A stretch of 32,000 nt of DNA from Microcystis aeruginosa NIES-843 (lineage in GTDB: Bacteria; Cyanobacteriota; Cyanobacteriia; Cyanobacteriales; Microcystaceae). Below the pieces are notes generated by a model. The model saw only the letters and a list, made by a program, of their open reading frames with translations. It was not told the origin of the DNA and ran no database searches. The stretch is from positions 4,680,001 to 4,712,000 of the forward strand of contig NC_010296.1 of the NCBI RefSeq assembly GCF_000010625.1, written 5' to 3'. This document shows positions 7,779-15,622 of this stretch, one piece after another. A program made the translations under genes and the position numbers. Every line of letters begins with the position of its first letter. The stretch's first letter is position 1.

Positions 7779-8074
7779 GTTACTCCCTTTAAGTGAGCCG
7801 GAAATAAAGGACGCTCAGATAAGCGATCTTGGTCAAGTGCTTCGATTAAATATTCACCGGTTTCTTGTTGTTCTTGTTCATCTTCTTCATCAATCCAAGA
7901 TTGAAGTAAATTAACCAGTTTGGTCTGTTTTTCTTGTTCTAAAATAGTATCTTTAAGTAGCTTGAGGACATAATCTTCTAGAGAAAGACCTTTCTCCGTC
8001 GCTTTTTGGCTGAGATATTGTTCGATTTCCGATGTTAAATTAAGAGTTAGTGGCATGGGCTTGACTTGAATCAA
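7772..8074 (-). CDS. ribbon-helix-helix-type antitoxin, copy C (100 aa)
   Basis: It lies upstream of, and overlaps, the intact PIN gene. It shows the RHH-like N-terminus and the acidic central stretch EEDEQEQQE. Confidence 0.8.
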   Translation of the reverse strand: MIQVKPMPLTLNLTSEIEQYLSQKATEKGLSLEDYVLKLLKDTILEQEKQTKLVNLLQSWIDEEDEQEQQETGEYLIEALDQDRLSERPLFPAHLKGVTW

Positions 8075-8465
8075 TTTATCGTGTCTTTAACTATTATAAA
8101 CAAAAAAGCGATCGCCGTCTATCAAGAGAGCGCAATTGCAGCAATTCCAAATTTAAGGTTTCATGACATAAAAATCCTTATGACAAGAGGGTTGTACAAT
8201 TCTTAACATTTGGATTGATCTCTGAAATGGCGCAAAATCGTTCCGAATTTATTTTTGCTGGCGCAATTGCTGCCAATAATCCTCGCCAAAATCAGCCGCC
8301 TGGATTGCACCAAAGATATCAATCTTCAATGTTCGATACGAGGCATTAGAGAGGAGTGAGAGAAGATGTTGTCATCGAAAATTTGGGTCTGAAACCCCGT
8401 CGTTCTACGACGGCTTTACCGTTAAATATTAGCGCATTTACACGATATATGCTAGAATGCGAGAT

Positions 8466-9654
8466 ATGGAAAAAGCCTATTCTTACCGATTTTACCCAAC
8501 ACCAACACAAGAGTCGCTATTGCGGCGCACATTGGGCTGTGTAAGATTAGTTTACAACAAAGCTCTCCACGAACGAACACAAGCTTGGTACGAAAAGCAA
8601 GAAAGAGTAGGCTACGCTCAAACTTCTTCAATGCTAACCCATTGGAAAAAACAAGAAGAATTAAACTTTTTAAACGAAGTAAGCTGTGTACCTTTACAAC
8701 AAGGGTTAAGACACCTACAAACAGCTTTTACTAATTTCTTTGCTGGTCGTACTAAGTATCCTAACTTTAAGAAAAAACATCAGGGAGGAAGTGCCGAATT
8801 TACCAAATCTGCTTTTAAATTTAAAGACAGACAAATCTATTTAGCTAAATGCACAGAACCTTTACCTATTCGATGGTCAAGACAAATACCAGAAAGCTGT
8901 GAACCAAGCACAGTAACAGTCAGATTACATCCATCTGGACGTTGGCATATTTCAATTAGATTTGATGACCCAACGATTAAGCCATTACCAGTAACAGATA
9001 AAGCCATTGGAATTGACTTAGGAATTAGTAGCCTCGTGATTACCAGCGATGGTGACAAAGTATCTAATCCTAAGCATTTTAAGAAACATTATCGGAGACT
9101 GCGAAGAGCATCTAAAAGTCTTTCTCGAAAACAGAAAGGGTCAAAAAATCGGGAAAAAGCAAGAATCAAAGTAGCCAAAATTCACGCTCAAATCACCGAT
9201 AGCAGGAAAGACCATTTACACAAGCTAACCACTCAATTAGTTCGTGAAAACCAAACGATTGTGGTTGAGAATTTAGCCGTCAAGAATATGGTCAAAAACC
9301 CGAAATTATCTCAGGCAATATCTGATGTAAGCTGGGGAGAAATCACCCGACAATTAGCCTATAAATGCCGTTGGTATGGGAGAAATTACATCGAAATAGA
9401 TAGATGGTTTCCTAGCTCTAAAAGGTGTAGTAATTGCGGGTATATTGCCCTTGAAAATGCCGTTAAATGTTCGAGAGTGGGACTGTCCAGACTGTGGGAC
9501 TCACCATGACCGAGATATTAACGCCAGTAAAAATATTTTGGCCGCAGGGCTTGCGGTGTCAGTCTGTAGAGCGACCATAAGACCAGAACAGAGTAAATCT
9601 GTTAAGGCAGGTGCGAAAAATCCTTCGGGAAAGAAGCAGAAACCTAAATCGTGA
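8466..9654 (+). pseudogene. tnpB: tnpB with a frameshift near 9448-9460
   Basis: It is colinear with the intact 395-aa copy. Copy 1 has ATTGCCCTTGAAAATGCC where copy 2 has ATTGTCGAAAAGATGCC, a 1-nt length difference. This splits the ORF into 8457-9509 and 9445-9654. Confidence 0.8.
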
Positions 9655-9697
9655 GGTTTGGGAATCGCCGTCCGTTTTACGGCGGCGAGGATGTCAA
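9540..9697 (+). ncRNA. putative omega (right-end) RNA scaffold of TnpB; 5' limit not determinable by eye
   Basis: This rests on the established TnpB architecture, in which the guide RNA overlaps the tnpB 3' end and right end. The conserved right-end hairpin is present. Confidence 0.35.
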
Positions 9698-9739
9698 GTC
9701 AGCTAAAATGGAAACGTAAAGTTAAACGAAATCAAACCG

Positions 9740-10015
9740 ATGAAACTTCGACAACCCCGATACAGCAAAGAAGAATTTGCTAGACGTGGCAACGACCTCT
9801 ATGAATCTCAGATTCGTTCTCAAGTCGAGGAAGGCAATCATGGTAAAATTGTCGCTATCGACATTGAAACTGGAGCCTTTGAAGTGGCTGATGACATCGT
9901 AACCGCATCAGAGCATCTCCTGGCCAAATATCCCGATGCTCAGACTTGGTTTATCCGAATTGGGCATCGGGCAGTCTATCATTTTGGCGCACGGAGTTTG
10001 AGAGAAACTCTATGA
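9740..10015 (+). CDS. small protein (91 aa), resembles DUF5678-type proteins (assignment from memory)
   Basis: The sequence includes GKIVAIDIETGAFEVADDIVTASEHLLAKYPDAQTWFIRIG. Its stop overlaps the next ATG (ATGA). Confidence 0.6.
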   Translation: MKLRQPRYSKEEFARRGNDLYESQIRSQVEEGNHGKIVAIDIETGAFEVADDIVTASEHLLAKYPDAQTWFIRIGHRAVYHFGARSLRETL

Positions 10016-10389
10016 TGTATGGCTCGGTAAATCAGAGTTGTGAGGCAATCCTTCCAGTTGTCGTGAAAAACGATACTAGAAGGCAACTCGTAGATGCAGT
10101 AATTGATACAGGTTTTTCAGGATTTTTGACCTTGCCTTCTAGTATTATTGCGGTTCTAGATTTAACCTGGAAGGGGCGTGATATCGCAACATTGGGAGAT
10201 GGCAGTTATTGTATTTTCGACGTTTATATTGCGAGGGTAATTTGGGACGGTCAGTATCGCACAATCGACATCAATACATCCGAAACAGTGCCTTTAATTG
10301 GGATGGGATTGTTGCGAGGCTATGATTTGCGAATTCAGGCGATTGAAGGCGGTTCCGTTACTATTGAACTATTGCCAATTCCCCACTAG
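10012..10389 (+). CDS. retropepsin-like (clan AA) aspartic protease, 126 aa
   Basis: It has a D-T-G active-site motif (AVIDTGFSGFLTLP) and a LIGMGLL flap-like motif. The ATG at 10012 was chosen for its ATGA coupling to the upstream gene. Confidence 0.7.
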   Translation: MMYGSVNQSCEAILPVVVKNDTRRQLVDAVIDTGFSGFLTLPSSIIAVLDLTWKGRDIATLGDGSYCIFDVYIARVIWDGQYRTIDINTSETVPLIGMGLLRGYDLRIQAIEGGSVTIELLPIPH

Positions 10390-10540
10390 AACCATAACCC
10401 AACCTTGTATAACGTTTCCAAATGAATTGTAAAAAGGAAGTTGACGGCGATAATCTCTATTTCGGTTAGTTCTCCAATCAACTCAAAGCCATTACCCATC
10501 TCATCATTCTAACAAAGATTAATAAAAATGTGGAATGCCC

Positions 10541-10581
10541 AAAAAAAAGCGATCGCACTTTATCAATGTAGTGCGATCGCT
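10541..10581 (-). terminator. intrinsic terminator built on two HIP1 sites
   Basis: On the minus strand there is a perfect 12-bp stem, AGCGATCGCACT / AGTGCGATCGCT, with a 10-nt loop, followed by T8. It lies 30 nt after the PEP-CTERM stop. Confidence 0.8.
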
Positions 10582-10610
10582 GCTAATTTAAGGCTAGATT
10601 TGCCAGTTTT

Positions 10611-11411
10611 TTATTTTAATTTGCGCTTCAAGACTGAACCTGCACCCAAAGCACCAATGGCAAGTAAACCTAAGACTGAAGCAGGTTCGGGTGTCTTTTG
10701 TGGCGGGTTAACTTGCCCTGGAAGTCCAAAGCGCAGGCTATCAATGGCAAAACCAGCAGGCTCAGGACCGATGAGACTGAACTGCAAACCTGCAATTGCC
10801 GCACTGCCATTGCTAGTGACTAAACCCATAAACTCAATGCCCGTGCCAGTATTGGATACTTGACCGAGAACTGAGCCATCTCGGGCAAAGGCTGTGATGG
10901 CAGTTGAGTTGGGAGCATCGAAGAAACCGCCATCTAACCCCACGCCGGCCATGTCTTTGTCGAATAAAACCGTTATAGGACCGTTAAATAAGGGAGTTCC
11001 CGACAGCACCGGGCTATTAGGTGCTGCTCCATCACTGTTGATGAAAGTTTTTGGGGAATTCGGATCCAGGGCCAGAGGGTTGGTGGGCGTACCGACAACA
11101 CAGCCAGTGGCAGCACCACCGGGGCAATCTACTCCAGGGTTAGCAGACAAACTCTGGCCTTGATAGAAGCCACCAAAGGTAACAGTTGGTGCCGTCAAGG
11201 GATTGCCGCCGTAAGCCGCCGGAGCATAAGTAGGGTTGACCGTACCCAGACCAAATTCACTAAAGGTGATCAATCCTGCTTGAGGAGTGAAGGAACTCTG
11301 CGGAATTCGGACGACACTGACCGCATTAGCAGGAAAGTTACTAAGGGCGAGAAATGCTGCCGATCCAGTAACAACCGTTGACAGTTTTTTAATTGCAATC
11401 GAAGTTTTCAT
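10611..11411 (-). CDS. PEP-CTERM sorting-domain surface protein (266 aa), intact
   Basis: There is a signal peptide (MKTSIAIKKLSTVVTGSAAFLALS). The C-terminus is PEPASVLGLLAIGALGAGSVLKRKLK. Confidence 0.85.
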   Translation of the reverse strand: MKTSIAIKKLSTVVTGSAAFLALSNFPANAVSVVRIPQSSFTPQAGLITFSEFGLGTVNPTYAPAAYGGNPLTAPTVTFGGFYQGQSLSANPGVDCPGGAATGCVVGTPTNPLALDPNSPKTFINSDGAAPNSPVLSGTPLFNGPITVLFDKDMAGVGLDGGFFDAPNSTAITAFARDGSVLGQVSNTGTGIEFMGLVTSNGSAAIAGLQFSLIGPEPAGFAIDSLRFGLPGQVNPPQKTPEPASVLGLLAIGALGAGSVLKRKLK

Positions 11412-11586
11412 GTTCAGAAACTTTCCTCAAAACAAATAAACAAACAAACAAATGTTCTGAATGCCCTTTAAAGGAGAAAATCTCAAATTAAGCGACATTG
11501 GCAAGGGAGAAAAATTGGTTTTTTCAAAATTGCCAATCACTAAATTTTAAGCTAGTTCCTCAATGACAAGACAGAGCCATAACGGG

Positions 11587-11613
11587 ATTCTACCCCCCCC
11601 CCGATTTTGTCAA
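11587..11613 (-). promoter_or_regulatory. paralogous promoter TTGACA-N15-TAGAAT with a G10 tract in the spacer
   Basis: The minus strand reads cacTTGACAaaatcGGGGGGGGGGTAGAATccc, upstream of the ATG at 11411. Confidence 0.5.
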
Positions 11614-11688
11614 GTGTAAACCAACAGAAATTAAAAAAATTTTACAATTATTGTTGCCCTTGAGAGTAGGGTAGTAAAAAATAAAAAA

Positions 11689-11886
11689 TCTTTGGTTCTT
11701 CGTTACCTGGTATGGTTCGATCGGGTGGCATAAATCGACTAAATTCTTATCTGGCAAGAGACTTAATTGATTAGTTCGTTCTAGATCGAAAACAATTGAC
11801 AAATCTCGAAGCAATCTCTTTCTCTATAAGGGTTTCATCTCTTATAATCCCGTCCCTTGCATAACACAAACCGAAGAACCAAAATC
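11689..11886. repeat. MITE-like repeat family C, copy 2
   Basis: It is colinear with 4799-4998. Confidence 0.45.
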
Positions 11887-12002
11887 TTGAATTAAGCGAC
11901 ATTGGCAAGGGAGAAAGACTGGTTTTTTCAAAATTGCCAATCACTAAATTTTAAGCCAGTTCCTCAATGACAAGACAGAGCCATAACGGGATTCTACCCC
12001 CC
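11882..12002 (-). repeat. partial duplicate of the PEP-CTERM leader, including -10 box and a G6 tract but no -35
   Basis: It matches 11478-11602 and 4580-4713. It ends ...TAGAAT preceded by GGGGGG and unrelated sequence. Confidence 0.7.
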
Positions 12003-12134
12003 GATTTAGGGCAGCTTTGGTTGGATTGTTAGACGAATTTTAAACGTTTTTAAAATTGTCCCACCTGCTGAGGTAATCCTAAACAAAATCGCCGCTCTTT
12101 AAATCTAACTTTAGGTAGAAACCAGGTATTTCTT

Positions 12135-12236
12135 TCGATAGATTATAGAGACTTATAGATATCTATATATAGATATATATACCTATATCTATATATAGAT
12201 ATAGGTATAGATTACAATCGATAGATTTCTCGTTTC
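12135..12236. repeat. TA-rich ATAGATAT-type low-complexity block with a perfect 28-bp palindrome (12181-12208)
   Basis: ACCTATATCTATATATAGATATAGGT is self-complementary. It is flanked by direct TCGATAGATT repeats. Confidence 0.7.
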
Positions 12237-12259
12237 TAGGCAGAGCCTAGAAATGTTTA

Positions 12260-12420
12260 TTGACATCCTCGCCGCCGTAAAACGGACGGCGATTCCCAAA
12301 CCTCACGATTTAGGTTTCTGCTTCTTTCCCTTGCGGGGTTTCGCACCTGCCTTAACAGATTTACTCTGTTCTGGTCTTATGGTCGCTCTACAGACTGACA
12401 CCGCAAGCCCTGCGGCCAAA
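12260..12420 (-). ncRNA. putative omega RNA scaffold of the intact TnpB; 5' limit approximate
   Basis: The reasoning is the same as for 9540-9697. The right-end hairpin CGCCGTCCGTTTTACGGCGGCG is conserved. Confidence 0.35.
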
Positions 12421-13490
12421 ATATTTTTACTAGCGTTAACATCTCGGTCATGGTGTGTCCCACAGTCTGGACAATCCCATTCTCGAACATTTAACGGCAT
12501 CTTTTCGACAATATACCCGCAATTACTACATCTTTTAGAGCTAGGAAACCATCTATCTATTTCGATGTAATTTCTCCCATACCAACGGCATTTATAGGCT
12601 AATTGTCGGGTGATTTCTCCCCAGCTTACATCAGATATTGCCTGAGATAATTTCGGGTTTTTGACCATATTCTTGACGGCTAAATTCTCAACCACAATCG
12701 TTTGGTTTTCACGAACTAATTGAGTGGTTAGCTTATGTAAATGGTCTTTTCTGCTATCGGTGATTTGAGCGTGAATCCTGGCTACTTTGATTCTTGCTTT
12801 TTCCCGATTTTTTGACCCTTTCTGTTTTCTAGAAAGGCTTTTAGATGCTCTTCGCAGTCTCCGATAATGCTTTTTAAAATGCTTGGGATTAGACACTTTA
12901 TCGCCATCGCTGGTAATCACGAGGCTACTAATTCCTAAGTCAATTCCAATGGCTTTATCTGTTACTGGTAAAGGCTTAATCGTTGGGTCATCAAATCTTA
13001 TTGAGATATGCCAACGTCCAGAAGGATGTAATCTGACTGTTACTGTGCTTGGTTCACAGCTTTCTGGTATTTGTCTTGACCATCGAATAGGTAAAGGTTC
13101 TGTGCATTTAGCTAAATAGATTTGTCTGTCTTTAAATTTAAAAGCAGATTTGGTAAATTCGGCACTTCCTCCCTGATGTTTTTTCTTAAAGTTAGGATAC
13201 TTAGTACGACCAGCAAAGAAGTTAGTAAAAGCTGTTTGTAAATGTCTTAACCCTTGTTGTAAAGGTACACAGCTTACTTCATTGAGAAAGTCTAATTCTT
13301 CTTGTTTTTTCCAATCGGTTAGCATTGAAGAAGTTTGAGCGTAGCCTACTCTTTCTTGTCTTTCGTACCAAGCTTGTGTTCGTTCGTGGAGAGCTTTATT
13401 GTAAACCAATCTTACACATCCCAAAGTGCGCCGCAATAGCGACTCTTGTTCTGGTGTCGGGTAAAATCGGTAAGAATAGGCTTTTTCCAT
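12303..13490 (-). CDS. tnpB: TnpB RNA-guided endonuclease (395 aa), intact
   Basis: RuvC motifs IGIDLGI, VVENL and HDRDVNASKNI are present. The zinc finger is CSNCG...CPDCG. Confidence 0.9.
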   Translation of the reverse strand: MEKAYSYRFYPTPEQESLLRRTLGCVRLVYNKALHERTQAWYERQERVGYAQTSSMLTDWKKQEELDFLNEVSCVPLQQGLRHLQTAFTNFFAGRTKYPNFKKKHQGGSAEFTKSAFKFKDRQIYLAKCTEPLPIRWSRQIPESCEPSTVTVRLHPSGRWHISIRFDDPTIKPLPVTDKAIGIDLGISSLVITSDGDKVSNPKHFKKHYRRLRRASKSLSRKQKGSKNREKARIKVARIHAQITDSRKDHLHKLTTQLVRENQTIVVENLAVKNMVKNPKLSQAISDVSWGEITRQLAYKCRWYGRNYIEIDRWFPSSKRCSNCGYIVEKMPLNVREWDCPDCGTHHDRDVNASKNILAAGLAVSVCRATIRPEQSKSVKAGAKPRKGKKQKPKS

Positions 13491-13704
13491 GTCTCATATT
13501 TTAGCATATATTTCGTAAATGTGCTAATATTTAACAGCAAAGCCGCCGTAAAACGGCGGGGTTTCAGACCCAAATTTTCGATGAGAGGCTCTGCCTCCTG
13601 AGTAATCTTTACAGAAGGCAGAGCCTTCAAAAATCATTCCCAAGCTCCGCCTGGGAATGAGACGGCGAAAATCATTGCCTCTTGCCTATCCTAACCATTA
13701 CTTA

Positions 13705-13879
13705 TAAGTAGGTAGGTGTTAAAAGTTGTCAGACACCCCCCTTATCAAGGGGGATCCCCCCGCCTATCGGCACCCCCCTTATCAAGGGGGGCAGGGGGGA
13801 TCGGCACCCCCCTTATCAAGGGGGGCAGGGGGGATCGAACCTAAAATCTATGTTTAATTTAATTACAACCAGCTACTTA
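13705..13879. mobile_element. MITE family B with internal G6/C6 hairpin repeats (3 cores)
   Basis: Inverted termini are TAAGTAGGTAGGTGTTAAAAGTT / AATTTAATTACAACCAGCTACTTA. Three CCCCCCTTATCAAGGGGG(G) cores are present. A second copy lies at 18629-18883. Confidence 0.6.
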
Positions 13880-13890
13880 ACAGCCAATCC

Positions 13891-14523
13891 CTAATCTCTC
13901 AATAACAGATATTCGCGAATCTCAAAAAAGTTATCCCAAGGAATATAGGGTTGATTTTCCGCTTGCAGATAATCGATTAAACGATCCCTAGCAAAAACTA
14001 GATCGGCCCTTCTAGCCATGGTAATATCGGTAACGGAATCACCGATCGCAATAGTTTCTACTCCCGAATATTTAGCCATAATCAAGGCTTTAGCCACTAA
14101 TTCCGTCTCATTTTCCCAATCGGAATGAACTTGCAAATATTCCCCTTGAGTATGAAGATTGACCCCATAAATTGCCGTCACCTTATCTAATAGTCCCTCC
14201 CGTTTTAAGACCGTTTCAATCATGCCTTGGATGCCACCGGAGATAATAATAAAAGGGATGGATTGCTCCTGTAAAAAAGCGAGGAATTCGGCTAATCCGG
14301 GGCGAATTGGCTTGCTTTCGGCATAGGCGAGAATATCGGCGTATTTTTGGCTCGGTATCGACTCTAGCAGTTGACGAACACCCCGGCGCAGAGTCAGAGT
14401 GCGAGCGTACATTTGGGGCATAATTTGGGCCGATAAATCGGGGGCGAATTCTTTGAGCATACCCGCAAAAGTTTCCACGGCGGTGATAGTGCCATCAAAG
14501 TCACAGAAAACAATTTTACTCAT
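13891..14523 (-). CDS. HAD-IB family phosphatase, MtnX-like
   Basis: Motifs FCDFDGTIT (motif I), ISGG and IGDSVTD. The C-terminal FARD..L pattern matches MtnX. Confidence 0.7.
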   Translation of the reverse strand: MSKIVFCDFDGTITAVETFAGMLKEFAPDLSAQIMPQMYARTLTLRRGVRQLLESIPSQKYADILAYAESKPIRPGLAEFLAFLQEQSIPFIIISGGIQGMIETVLKREGLLDKVTAIYGVNLHTQGEYLQVHSDWENETELVAKALIMAKYSGVETIAIGDSVTDITMARRADLVFARDRLIDYLQAENQPYIPWDNFFEIREYLLLRD

Positions 14524-14609
14524 GGGGTGACAAAATATCTGAAATTGGATATAATCGAAGGTTATGATTAATTTTACAGAGATTATCCGACTCTAGAGCT
14601 TCAACCCCC

Positions 14610-15428
14610 ATGAAATCCTATCTCGCCGCCGCCATTCAAATGACCAGTCAGCCGGATTTAGAGAAAAATCTCGCTGCCGCTGAAGAATTGATCGAACTTG
14701 CCGTGGGTAAAGGGGCGGAATTAATCGGTTTACCGGAGAATTTCGCTTTTATGGGGGCAGAAACCGATAAAATCGCCCAGGCCGAGACTATTGCTCTCAA
14801 AGCCGATAAATTCCTCCGCACCATGGCCCAACGGTTTCAAGTGACCATTTTAGGGGGTGGTTTTCCCGTGCCGGTGACGGGTATTCCCGATAAGGCTTAT
14901 AATACGGCTATTTTAGTTGATGGCAACGGTGCGGAATTAGCCCGTTATCAAAAAGTCCATCTCTTTGATGTCAATGTCCCGGATGGTAACACCTATCAGG
15001 AATCGAGTACAGTCATGGCAGGGATCGATTTACCGCCAATTTATGGCTCCGATAGCTTGGGCAAAATTGGTCTCTCGATTTGCTATGATGTGCGTTTTCC
15101 CGAACTCTATCGCTATTTATCGCAGCAAGGAGCCGATGTTTTATTTGTACCTGCGGCATTTACAGCTTTTACAGGGAAAGATCATTGGAAAGTTTTGTTA
15201 CAAGCGCGAGCGATCGAGAATACTTGTTATATAATAGCTCCTGCTCAAACGGGCAATAATTACGAACGCCGTCACACCCACGGTCACGCTATGATTATCG
15301 ATCCTTGGGGTGTGGTTTTAGCCGACGCGGGGGAAGAAGTGGGGGTGGCAATTGCCGAAATTAATCCCCAACGTCTGCAACAGGTGCGACGACAAATGCC
15401 GTCCCTGCAGCATCGTGTTTTTGTTTAA
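14610..15428 (+). CDS. carbon-nitrogen hydrolase (nitrilase superfamily, omega-amidase-like)
   Basis: The E-K-C triad context is GLPENF, YQKVHLFD and LSICYDVRFPE. Confidence 0.85.
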   Translation: MKSYLAAAIQMTSQPDLEKNLAAAEELIELAVGKGAELIGLPENFAFMGAETDKIAQAETIALKADKFLRTMAQRFQVTILGGGFPVPVTGIPDKAYNTAILVDGNGAELARYQKVHLFDVNVPDGNTYQESSTVMAGIDLPPIYGSDSLGKIGLSICYDVRFPELYRYLSQQGADVLFVPAAFTAFTGKDHWKVLLQARAIENTCYIIAPAQTGNNYERRHTHGHAMIIDPWGVVLADAGEEVGVAIAEINPQRLQQVRRQMPSLQHRVFV

Positions 15429-15534
15429 AATTCGATTCGACAATTTTGTCGATAAAAACGCCTAATTTTGGTATTTAACTCGGTAACCTAATTAGTTAAG
15501 CTAAAAGCTTTGATTTACTGAGTTTCTAACCTTC

Positions 15535-15622
15535 TTTGCCAGATTCTCAGGGTAAGCTCATCTAATAAGGATGTAGTCGATTTATGCCAGCCGATCAAAC
15601 CATACCAAGTAACGAAGAACTA
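15535..15622. repeat. fragment of repeat family C
   Basis: GTCGATTTATGCCAGCCGATCAAACCATACCAAGTAACGAAGAAC matches the reverse complement of 4803-4850. Confidence 0.5.

Larger units (their letters stand above)
8372..9697 (+). mobile_element. IS200/IS605-family element carrying only tnpB (IS1341-like), copy 1
   Basis: Ends were defined by three-way comparison with 12260-13584 and 26234-26590. The left end starts TCATCGAAAATTTGGG with a hairpin. The right end finishes ...CGCCGTCCGTTTTACGGCGGCGAGGATGTCAA. Confidence 0.85.
12260..13584 (-). mobile_element. IS200/IS605-family tnpB-only element, copy 2, inverted relative to copy 1
   Basis: It has the same left-end and right-end sequences as copy 1, and no tnpA. 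Confidence 0.85.

Noticed and set aside
8150-8371. Minus-strand open frame ...SYRTLKIDIFGAIQAADFGEDYWQQLRQQK* running up to the left end of tnpB copy 1, possibly a gene truncated by the insertion
   Set aside because: There is no start codon within the fragment. The frame does not continue on the far side of the element (9698 onward). It is too short to identify.
10528-10863. 111-aa plus-strand ORF (and 3855-4058, 4302-4550, 10894-11163, 11160-11381) antisense to the PEP-CTERM genes
   Set aside because: These are mirror-frame artefacts of the Gly/Ala/Pro-rich PEP-CTERM coding sequence. The shared APMASKPKTEAGSG is simply the reverse complement of the sorting motif.
12253-12570. ORFs antisense to or in alternative frames of tnpB (12253-12570, 12883-13119, 8837-9058, 13412-13630, 8356-8544)
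   Set aside because: They are explained by the tnpB genes and their structured ends. The 8356 and 13412 ORFs read through the left-end hairpin.
8372-13584. Interpreting the two tnpB elements plus the enclosed segment as a composite transposon
   Set aside because: IS200/IS605 elements transpose as single-stranded circles with asymmetric ends. With both right ends facing inward there is no LE...RE pair spanning the segment. Inversion by homologous recombination is the more defensible reading and is reported as a finding.
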